Below, piece by piece: positions 1-7,211 of a stretch of 32,000 nt of DNA. Source of the DNA: an uncultured Actinomycetes bacterium (GTDB taxonomy: Bacteria > Actinomycetota > Actinomycetes > S36-B12 > CAIYMF01); the NCBI GenBank assembly GCA_963843975.1, contig CAWJMG010000003.1:510001-542000 (forward strand). The letters are read 5' to 3'. The first letter of the stretch is position 1; each line of letters begins with the position of its first letter. A model generated the notes under the pieces. That model was not told where the DNA came from. It saw only the letters and a list, made by a program, of their open reading frames with translations, and did not search any database. Both the position numbers and the translations under genes were made by a program.

Positions 1-1
1 G

Positions 2-517
2 CTCACGCCCGTGTTCTACGGCGAAGAGCGGGCGGCCCGGCTGGTCGTGGGGCCGTTCGCCGAGGCGTTGAGCTCCGTCGACGGGTCGCCGCTGCGGCTG
101 GTGCGGATGGATGACGGCGAGGGCATCGACCGCCCGGGCGACGGCACGGTGTCGCTGCTCTCGACCGCCGCCCTCACCGCCATGGCCGACCAGGCCGGCG
201 AGGTCGAGCCTGTCGACGGGCGCCGCTTCCGGATGACCTTCCTGCTCGACGGGGTGCCCGCCAACGCGGAGGACGCCTGGGTCGGGCGCGAGGTGCGCAT
301 CGGCACCGCGACCGTGCGCGTCGCCGGCAACATCGGGCGCTGCTCGATCACGCAGCAGGATCCCGACACCGGCATCAAGAGCTTCGACACCCTCAAGCTC
401 ATCCACGCGGCGCGCGGCGAGATGCCCACGACCGAGCCGCTGCCCTTCGGCGTCCACGCCGAGGTCGTCGTCCCGGGCCGGGTCGCCGTGGGCGACGAGG
501 TCACGCCGCTCGACTGA
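2..517 (+). CDS. MOSC domain-containing protein (5' end probably outside window)
   Basis: The frame is open from the window edge, and the first in-frame GTG is at 11. MOSC-like C-terminal half with a conserved Cys context (NIGRCSITQQDPDTG). GC-rich third codon positions. Confidence 0.8.
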   Translation, partial: LTPVFYGEERAARLVVGPFAEALSSVDGSPLRLVRMDDGEGIDRPGDGTVSLLSTAALTAMADQAGEVEPVDGRRFRMTFLLDGVPANAEDAWVGREVRIGTATVRVAGNIGRCSITQQDPDTGIKSFDTLKLIHAARGEMPTTEPLPFGVHAEVVVPGRVAVGDEVTPLD

Positions 518-540
518 GCGCGGCGGTCCCACCGCACATA

Positions 541-580
541 GCGAAGGGCCAGAGAACCGCTGGGTTCTCTGGCCCTTCGC
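541..580. terminator. Perfect 18-bp stem / 4-nt loop hairpin between convergent genes (bidirectional terminator candidate)
   Basis: gcgaagggccagagaacc-gctg-ggttctctggcccttcgc. It lies between the MOSC stop (517) and the msrB stop (597). No U-tract, which is common in high-GC actinobacteria. Confidence 0.7.
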
Positions 581-596
581 TGGGGTGAGCCGCGGC

Positions 597-1040
597 CTAT
601 TCGGCGGGCGTGAGCTTGATGCTGATGCTGTTGATGCAGTATCGCTGGTCGGTCGGGGTGCCGTAGCCCTCTCCCTCGAAGACGTGGCCGAGGTGGCTGC
701 CGCAGCTCGCGCACCGCACCTCGACGCGCTTCATGCCCATCGTGCGGTCCTCGAGCAGGATCACCGACTCGCCCGCGAGCGGCGACCAGAACGACGGCCA
801 GCCGCAGTGCGAGTCGAACTTCGTGTCGCTCGTGAACAGCACGGCGTCACACGCGCGGCAGGTGTAGGTGCCGGTGGTCTTGGTGTCGGTGTACTCGCCC
901 GTGAACGCGCGCTCGGTTCCTGCCTCGCGGAGCACGTGGTACTCCTGCGGTGACAGGACGGCCTTCCAGTCGTCCTCGGACTTCACGATGTCGAACTGCG
1001 TGCCGTCGGGCTTCACGGTGGGCATGGGTCCTGTGCTCAT
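597..1040 (-). CDS. msrB: Peptide-methionine (R)-S-oxide reductase MsrB
   Basis: SelR/MsrB motifs: two CxxC pairs (CRACDAV..., CASCGSHLGHVF) and catalytic GWPSF. Start taken at the internal ATG (MSTGPMPTV) rather than the ORF-track start at 1088. Confidence 0.93.
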   Translation of the reverse strand: MSTGPMPTVKPDGTQFDIVKSEDDWKAVLSPQEYHVLREAGTERAFTGEYTDTKTTGTYTCRACDAVLFTSDTKFDSHCGWPSFWSPLAGESVILLEDRTMGMKRVEVRCASCGSHLGHVFEGEGYGTPTDQRYCINSISIKLTPAE

Positions 1041-1141
1041 GGCACCGAACGTACGTCTCCGCAGGGTGTCGAGCCAGCCGGATCCCATGACGGAACGCTT
1101 ACATGCACCCGCCGGTCGCGCACTCCGGCTAGCGTCGCCCC

Positions 1142-2206
1142 ATGGCGAAGGAGTTCGGCGAGCCGGTAGAGATCGAGGTCGACGGCCACCTCGTACGGGT
1201 GAGCAACCCCGAGCGGCCGTACTTCCCGACGGTCGGCATCACCAAGCGCGAGGTGGTGCAGCACTACCTCGACTGCGGCGAGGGCATCCTGCGTGCCCTG
1301 CGCGAGCGCCCGACGACCCTCGAGCGCTGGCCCGGGGGAGTCGTGGAGGGCGCGCGCATCTCCACGCGCGAGGGCTTCAAGGGCGAGGCGTTCTACCAGA
1401 AGCGAGTTCCGCAGGGCGCGCCGTCGTACGTCGAGACCGCGCGCATCACGTTCCCCTCGGGGCGCACCGCCGACGAGATCTCGCCGACGTCGCTGGCCGT
1501 CATCGCGTACGCCGCCAACCTCGGAACGATCACGTTCCACCCCTGGCCGGTGCGGATGCAGGACGTCGAGCACCCGGACGAGCTGCGGCTCGACCTCGAC
1601 CCGCAGCCGGGCAGCGGCTTCTCCGACGCTGTCGCCGTCGCGCACGAGCTGAAGGCGCTGCTCGAGGAGCTCGGCATGGTCGGCTGGCCGAAGACCAGCG
1701 GCGGCCGGGGCATCCACGTGTACGTGCGGATCGAGCCGCGATGGGAGTTCACCGACGTGCGGCATGCGGCCATCGCCGTCGGCCGCGAGCTCGAGCGGCG
1801 CATGCCGGGGCGCGTCACCACCAAGTGGTGGAAGGAGGAGCGGCCCGACGGCACGATCTTCCTGGACTACAACCAGAACGCCCGCGACCGCACGATCGCC
1901 TCGGCGTACTCGATCCGCTCCAAGCCGCACGCTCCGGTGTCGATGCCGATCCGCTGGGACGAGCTCGACGACGTGTCGCCCTTCGACTTCACCGTCCGCA
2001 CCGCGGCGGCGCGCTTCGCCGAGGTCGGCGACCTGCACGCGGGCATCGACGACACGTCCTACGACATCACCCCGCTGATCGAGTCGTACGCCCGGGACGA
2101 GGCCGACGGCTTCCCCGATCTGCCCTACCCGCCGGACTATCCCAAGATGGCCGGCGAGCCCAAGCGGGTGCAGCCCAGCAAGGACAAGGACCGCCCCCAG
2201 GACTGA
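1142..2206 (+). CDS. Stand-alone LigD-type AEP primase-polymerase domain protein (PolDom / Prim-PolC-like)
   Basis: 354 aa. N-terminus VEIEVDGHLVRVSNPERPYFP and the AEP motif KTSGGRGIHVYVRI are typical of the LigD polymerase domain. No ligase or nuclease domain is fused. Confidence 0.88.
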   Translation: MAKEFGEPVEIEVDGHLVRVSNPERPYFPTVGITKREVVQHYLDCGEGILRALRERPTTLERWPGGVVEGARISTREGFKGEAFYQKRVPQGAPSYVETARITFPSGRTADEISPTSLAVIAYAANLGTITFHPWPVRMQDVEHPDELRLDLDPQPGSGFSDAVAVAHELKALLEELGMVGWPKTSGGRGIHVYVRIEPRWEFTDVRHAAIAVGRELERRMPGRVTTKWWKEERPDGTIFLDYNQNARDRTIASAYSIRSKPHAPVSMPIRWDELDDVSPFDFTVRTAAARFAEVGDLHAGIDDTSYDITPLIESYARDEADGFPDLPYPPDYPKMAGEPKRVQPSKDKDRPQD

Positions 2207-2329
2207 CTCTTCGCGCTGGTCCCGTGACCGCCAGTCACGCGTCCGCGACGACACGCTGACACCGCTTGCAGGTGCCCGGAATGCGCGCACGACGCCCCTA
2301 GGCTCGCCGCACTCTGGAGGGTGGGCGTC

Positions 2330-5300
2330 ATGGTGACGGGTCGTGCGCGGGTTGCTGCCCGCAGGGGGATCGAGAAGGTCGCGTCGGTGGCCAGCGCACT
2401 GCTGGTGACGACGTCGGTGCTCGTCCTCGGGCTCGGCACCGAGGCGGCGGCCGCAGGTCTCTGCGCCACCCCGGGTGGCGGCGGCGCGGGCGGCACGCTG
2501 AGCGGCGTCGTCAACTCGTACTACCCGGGTGTCGGCACCGCAGCAGCGGGCAGCACGAGCATCAGCGTGGGCGCACGGTCGGGTGCGGCGGCCGCCATCG
2601 CGGCCGGCGACATGCTGCTCGTGATCCAGATGCAGGGCGCCTCGATCGACAGCACCAACACCACGGCCTACGGCGACGGCGTCGCCGGTGCCCCGGCCTC
2701 GGGCTACACGGCTCTCGGCGGCAGCGGCTCCTACGAGTACGTGCGCGCGACCTCCGCGGTCAGCGCCGGGTCGGTGATCATCGCCGGGCTGGGCACCGGA
2801 TCGGGCCTTCTCAACTCCTACGCGACGGCGACGGCTACGCCGACCGCAGGTCAGCAGACCTTCCAGGTGATCCGCGTCCCGCAGTACACGACGGCCACGA
2901 CCAGCTCCGGCCTCACAGCCGCTGCGTGGAACGGCTCGGTCGGCGGTGTGCTGGCCCTCGACACCACGTCGACCCTCACCCTCAACGGGACATCGAGTGT
3001 TGACGGCCTCGGCTTCCGCGGCGGAGTCGGCATCCAGCGCGGCGGCGGTGCGGGGGCCAGCACCGACGTCGTTGCCTCCTCGGGCGCCAACAACGGAGGC
3101 ACCAAGGGCGAGGGGATCGCCGGCACCCCGTCGCAGACGACGACGAGCAACGGCTACCCGGGCGGCGACGTCGACCGCGGCGCCCCGGCCAACGGGGGAG
3201 GCGGCGGCACCGACGGCCGGCCGTCGGCCAACGACCAGAACACCGGCGGCGGCGGTGGCGGCAACGGCGGCGCGGGCGGCCTCGGCGGCAACGCGTGGTC
3301 GTCCGGCGTCGCGACCGGCGGGTACGGCGGTGCAGCACTCACGGCCTCGGCGTCGCGCGCCTTCCTCGGTGGCGGCGGTGGCGCCGGCACCGGCAACAAC
3401 TTCACCGCTCCCAACTCCAACGGTGCGGCTGGCGGCGGCATCGTCCTGATCCGGGCCGGCGCGGTCGCCGGCGCCGGGTCGATCACGGCCAACGGCGCTT
3501 CCGCAGGCAACGCCACGCCCAACGACGGCGGTGGCGGCGCTGGCGCGGGCGGCACGATCGTGCTGACGTCCCCGTCGGGATCCCTTGCGGGAGCGAGCCT
3601 CTCGGCCAACGGCGGTCGCGGCGGCGATGCCTGGCGCACCCAGGCGGGCGCCGGCAACGCGCATGGCCCGGGCGGCGGCGGTGGTGGCGGTTGGATCCTC
3701 ACGTCCAGCGCGCCCACGGCCACTGCGGTGACCGGCGGGACGAACGGCCTCACCACCACGGGCGACCTCGTCTATGGATCCGCCCCGGGCTCGCCCGGGC
3801 AGACCTCGACGGTGACTCCCGGATCCGTCCCCGGGGTCAGCGGCGGCGCCGAGTGCGCCGATCTCTCGATCACCAAGTCGGGCCCGGCCTCGGTCGTCGC
3901 CGGCGCGCCGGCGACCTACGTCCTCGACGTCGCCAATGCAGGGCCCGTCGCGGCGACCGCCGTGTCGGTGACCGACACCCTTCCGGCGGGGGTCACCTAC
4001 GTCTCCGCCGACGGCGGGCCGACCTGGGCCTGCTCGAACAGCGGGGACGTCTCCGTCACCTGCACCCGCGCGAGCCTCGCCTCCGGGACGTCGGCGCCGT
4101 CGATCACGATCGTGGTCACCGCACCCGCGCAGGCGGGGTCGATCGTGAACGCCGCACGCGTCACCAGCGCCACGCCGGACCAGGTGCCGGGCAACAACGA
4201 CGCGTCGGCGACCACAGCGGTGACGGCGTCCGCGGACGTGTCCATCGTGAAGTCGGGCCCGACCCAGGTCGATGCGGGCGGCACCGTCGTCTACCAGCTC
4301 GTGGTCAGCAACGCCGGCCCCTCCGACGCCGCGGCGGTCTCAGTGGTCGACACGCTGCCTCCGGGCGTCGTGCTCGGCACGGTGACCGCGTCGGGATGGA
4401 CCTGCAGCAGCTCGGGCAACGCGACCGTGACGTGCACGCGGCCGACGCTGGCTGCAGGCGCGTCGTCCACGATCACGGTCGAGGTCAGCGCACCCGGTCA
4501 GGCGGTCACCCTGCTCAACGACGCCGAGGTGTCCTCGACGACGCCGGACCCGGATCCTGACAACAACCGGTCGTCCGCCTCCACCGACGTGACCGGGCTC
4601 GCCGACCTGTCGATCGTGAAGGCCGGACCGACGGAGGTCGTCGCGGGGAGCGCGATCTCTTACGACCTCGAGGTGAGCAACGCCGGCCCTTCTGATGCGG
4701 TGGCCGTGTCGGTGACCGACACGCTGCCGCCGGGGACCACGTTCGTGTCCGTCGACGGTGGCGCGAGCTGGTCGTGCTCGAGCTCGGGCGACGTGTCGGT
4801 GACGTGCACGCTTCCCTCGCTGGCTTCCGGTGCCACGGCACCGACCATCACGATCGTCGTCACGGCGCCGACCGAGGCTGCCTCGCTGACCAACACGGCG
4901 CAGGTGTCGAGCAGCACGAACGACCCGGTGCCCGGCAACGACCGGTCGTCGGTCGACACCACCGTGACGGCGTCCGCAGATCTGTCGATCATGAAGGCCG
5001 GACCGGCGGAGGTCGTTGCGGGGAGCGCGATCTCGTACGACCTCGACGTGAGCAACGCCGGTCCGTCCGATGCGGTGGCGGTGTCGGTGACCGACACGCT
5101 GCCCCCGGGCACGACGTTCGTGTCGGTCGACGGCGGCGCGAGCTGGTCGTGCTCGAGCTCGGGCAGCGTGTCGGTCACGTGCACGCGCCCCTCGCTGGTC
5201 TCCGGTGCCACGGCGCCGACGATCACGATCGTGGTGACGGCGCCGACCGAGGCTGCCTCGCTGACCAACGCGGCAGCGGTGTCGAGCAGCACGAACGACC

Positions 5301-6274
5301 CGGTGCCTGGCAACGACCGGTCGTCGGTCGACACCAGCGTGACGGCCTCGGCCGATCTGTCGATCGTGAAGTCCGGGCCCGCCCAGGTGGCAGCCGGCGG
5401 GTCGGTGTCGTACGACCTCGACGTCAGCAACGCAGGCCCGTCCGATGCGGTGGCAGTGTCGGTGACCGACGCGCTGCCCGCGGGGACGACGTTCGTGTCG
5501 GTCGACGGCGGCTCCGCCTGGTCGTGCGCCAACGCCTTCGACGTGTCGGTGAGCTGCACGACCTCGGCTCTCGCCTCCGGCGCGTCCTCGACGATCACCG
5601 TGGTCGTGACGGCGCCCGCCGGGTCCGCGGCGCTGACCAACACGGCCGAGGTGACGTCGTCCACCCCGGATCCGGACCCGGACAACAACAATTGCTCGGT
5701 GTCCACGCAGGTCGCGGCGTCCGCGGACCTCTCGATCGTGAAGACCGCGCCCAGCTCGGTCGAGACCGGTGCGGTCGTCAGGTACACCCTCGTCGTCTCG
5801 AACGCCGGGCCCGATGACGCCCTCGACGTCGAGGTGACCGACTCCCTGCCGGCAGGCGTGACCTTCGTGAGCGCCACGGGTGACGGCTGGACCTGCCAGT
5901 TCTCCGCAGCCCATGGCGTGCGCTGCACGCGACCCAGCCTGGCGACGGGGACGATCGCGCCGGCACTCACCCTGCTGGTGACCGCGCCGACGGTGGCTGG
6001 CTCCCTCGTGAACGAGGCCTCGGCCGCGTCCGCGACCGCTGACCCCGTGCCCGACAACAACGCCGGCACCGCCACCGTCGAGGTGCGCACGGTCGACGAG
6101 CCCAGCGGTGGAGGCGGTGGGAACGGCGGTGGCGGCGGGAACGGCGGCTCCGGTGGCACCGGTGGCGACGGCCTGAGCGAGTCCGGTGCGTCGGTGCTCC
6201 TCGAGCTGTCCGCGGCCCTGGCACTCCTCGTCGCGGGCGTGATGCTGCTGCTCGGGGCCCGTCGCCGCGCCTGA
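2330..6274 (+). CDS. Large secreted surface protein: signal peptide, Gly-rich N-domain, 6 DUF11-type repeats, Gly linker, C-terminal hydrophobic anchor
   Basis: GGAGG sits 9 nt upstream of ATG 2330 (the ORF-track GTG at 2321 is an alternative start). Arg-rich n-region plus a hydrophobic h-region. Repeats carry the DUF11/TIGR01451-like pattern ADLSIVKxGP...Y.L.VSNAGPSDA..V.V.D.LP.G. The protein ends GLSESG-hydrophobic-RRRA. Confidence 0.85.
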   Translation: MVTGRARVAARRGIEKVASVASALLVTTSVLVLGLGTEAAAAGLCATPGGGGAGGTLSGVVNSYYPGVGTAAAGSTSISVGARSGAAAAIAAGDMLLVIQMQGASIDSTNTTAYGDGVAGAPASGYTALGGSGSYEYVRATSAVSAGSVIIAGLGTGSGLLNSYATATATPTAGQQTFQVIRVPQYTTATTSSGLTAAAWNGSVGGVLALDTTSTLTLNGTSSVDGLGFRGGVGIQRGGGAGASTDVVASSGANNGGTKGEGIAGTPSQTTTSNGYPGGDVDRGAPANGGGGGTDGRPSANDQNTGGGGGGNGGAGGLGGNAWSSGVATGGYGGAALTASASRAFLGGGGGAGTGNNFTAPNSNGAAGGGIVLIRAGAVAGAGSITANGASAGNATPNDGGGGAGAGGTIVLTSPSGSLAGASLSANGGRGGDAWRTQAGAGNAHGPGGGGGGGWILTSSAPTATAVTGGTNGLTTTGDLVYGSAPGSPGQTSTVTPGSVPGVSGGAECADLSITKSGPASVVAGAPATYVLDVANAGPVAATAVSVTDTLPAGVTYVSADGGPTWACSNSGDVSVTCTRASLASGTSAPSITIVVTAPAQAGSIVNAARVTSATPDQVPGNNDASATTAVTASADVSIVKSGPTQVDAGGTVVYQLVVSNAGPSDAAAVSVVDTLPPGVVLGTVTASGWTCSSSGNATVTCTRPTLAAGASSTITVEVSAPGQAVTLLNDAEVSSTTPDPDPDNNRSSASTDVTGLADLSIVKAGPTEVVAGSAISYDLEVSNAGPSDAVAVSVTDTLPPGTTFVSVDGGASWSCSSSGDVSVTCTLPSLASGATAPTITIVVTAPTEAASLTNTAQVSSSTNDPVPGNDRSSVDTTVTASADLSIMKAGPAEVVAGSAISYDLDVSNAGPSDAVAVSVTDTLPPGTTFVSVDGGASWSCSSSGSVSVTCTRPSLVSGATAPTITIVVTAPTEAASLTNAAAVSSSTNDPVPGNDRSSVDTSVTASADLSIVKSGPAQVAAGGSVSYDLDVSNAGPSDAVAVSVTDALPAGTTFVSVDGGSAWSCANAFDVSVSCTTSALASGASSTITVVVTAPAGSAALTNTAEVTSSTPDPDPDNNNCSVSTQVAASADLSIVKTAPSSVETGAVVRYTLVVSNAGPDDALDVEVTDSLPAGVTFVSATGDGWTCQFSAAHGVRCTRPSLATGTIAPALTLLVTAPTVAGSLVNEASAASATADPVPDNNAGTATVEVRTVDEPSGGGGGNGGGGGNGGSGGTGGDGLSESGASVLLELSAALALLVAGVMLLLGARRRA
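3857..6085 (+). repeat. Six in-frame tandem coding repeats of ~369-375 nt (DUF11-type Ig-like modules)
   Basis: Unit starts at 3857, 4232, 4601, 4976, 5351 and 5723, each opening with ADLSI(V/T/M)K. Units 3 and 4 differ at 9 of 125 residues. Confidence 0.85.
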
Positions 6275-6335
6275 TCCGGCAGTGACGCGCGTCGCACCAG
6301 GTTTCGGACGTCAGGCACCGGGCACATCCCTGCGC

Positions 6336-6473
6336 ATGAGTACCTCGACCTATCTCGGCGGCGCTCTGCTCGTCGCACCGTTCGTCGCCGTCATCGCGAC
6401 CGGCGCCGTGGTCGGCGTGACCGCAGCCGTCGTCCTCGACACCGTCGGTCTCGCGCGCAGGCTGGGGCGCTAG
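6336..6473 (+). CDS. Hypothetical 45-aa single-pass membrane peptide
   Basis: MSTSTYLGGALLVAPFVAVIATGAVVGVTAAVVLDTVGLARRLGR. Mostly G/C third positions. The stop is 9 nt before the GNAT start. No homology call is possible. Confidence 0.4.
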   Translation: MSTSTYLGGALLVAPFVAVIATGAVVGVTAAVVLDTVGLARRLGR

Positions 6474-6482
6474 CGTCCTGCC

Positions 6483-7064
6483 ATGACCTCGGTGCGGCAG
6501 GCGACGGAGAGCGACCTCGACGCGGTCGTGGGCACAGTGGCGGCCGCCTTCGTCGGCGACCCGGCCTGGGACTACATGTGCGGCCCCGACAACGACGTCG
6601 CGGCCCGGGCCTTCGCCCGGCTGCTCTTCCTCGGCCGCGCGCCGAAGGGGACCGTCTGGATCGCGGACGAGGGCGCGGCGGTCGCGATGTGGGACCGCGT
6701 CGACGGCGAGAGCCGCAGCGACCTGTCACACCTCTGGCGCGACTTCGTCGCCGTGGCCGGCCAGGGGATCGTCGACCGGGTCGAGGCGTACGACGAAGCG
6801 ATCAAGACCCTGAAGCCGTCGGCTCCCTACTGGTACCTCGGCGTCCTCGCGACGCACCCCGACCATCAGGGCCGCGGGCTCGCCACCGCTGTCCTGCAGC
6901 CCGGCCTCGCAAGCGCCGATGCCGAGGGCTGGGACGCGTGGCTGGAGACCTCCAAGCCCGGGAACAAGGCGTTCTACGCCGGCCGGGGCTTCACCGAGGT
7001 GCACCCGGTCGAGATCCCGGACGGCCCGCCCACATGGTGGATCCGACGCCCTGCCGCGGGCTGA
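6483..7064 (+). CDS. GNAT family N-acetyltransferase
   Basis: Acetyl-CoA binding motif context LGVLATHPDHQGRGLATAVL and a C-terminal AFYAGRGF. Confidence 0.88.
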   Translation: MTSVRQATESDLDAVVGTVAAAFVGDPAWDYMCGPDNDVAARAFARLLFLGRAPKGTVWIADEGAAVAMWDRVDGESRSDLSHLWRDFVAVAGQGIVDRVEAYDEAIKTLKPSAPYWYLGVLATHPDHQGRGLATAVLQPGLASADAEGWDAWLETSKPGNKAFYAGRGFTEVHPVEIPDGPPTWWIRRPAAG

Positions 7065-7110
7065 CGTGGCCCTGCGCCGGCGGAGCGACCGGAGCGGCTA
7101 GGCTCCCCGC

Positions 7111-7206
7111 ATGATCGCCGCGCTCATCGCCATCTTCGTCGTCCTGGTCGTCGTCCTCGTGGTCGTCGGCGTCCGCATGATGAAGGGCAAGAACATCCGC
7201 GGCTGA
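7111..7206 (+). CDS. Hypothetical 31-aa hydrophobic peptide with basic tail (not in the ORF track)
   Basis: ATG...TGA encodes MIAALIAIFVVLVVVLVVVGVRMMKGKNIRG. Every one of the 31 codons ends in G or C, a strong coding signal in this genome. The stop lies 5 nt from the convergent ligC stop. Confidence 0.4.
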   Translation: MIAALIAIFVVLVVVLVVVGVRMMKGKNIRG

Positions 7207-7211
7207 CGCGC

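Noticed and set aside
2223-2239. A small hairpin, CGTGAC-cgcca-GTCACG, after the PolDom gene, considered as a terminator. A TAGGCT -10-like hexamer near 2298 was considered as the promoter of the surface-protein gene.
   Set aside because: The stem is only 6 bp. The -10 candidate has no acceptable -35 at 16-19 nt spacing. Neither is strong enough to list as a feature.
1037-3664. Very long ORFs antisense to, or out of frame with, well-supported genes. Examples: 1037..3664(-), 868..2259(+), 3295..4560(+), 4340..5914(-), 4660..6378(-), 8294..11041(-), 9463..11073(+), 12192..13877(+), 13840..15378(+), 14942..16654(+), 16123..17433(-), 17888..19396(-), 24044..25909(-), 24742..26709(+), 28547..30238(-) and 28888..31203(+) upstream of 30280.
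   Set aside because: Their translations are monotonous Arg/Pro/Ala/Gly-rich strings without motifs. They overlap genes with clear family signatures. Stop codons are rare in all frames at this GC content, so ORF length alone is not evidence.
3160-3700. GGC/GGT-rich low-complexity DNA resembling PE-PGRS-type Gly repeats, or a separate gene.
   Set aside because: It is continuous in frame with the signal peptide upstream and the DUF11 repeats downstream. No PE-like N-terminus is present.
3857-6085. A regular ~375-nt periodicity that could be mistaken for a CRISPR-like or satellite array.
   Set aside because: The period is a multiple of 3 and is in frame within one long ORF. There is no spacer/repeat alternation. 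It encodes repeated DUF11-type protein modules.
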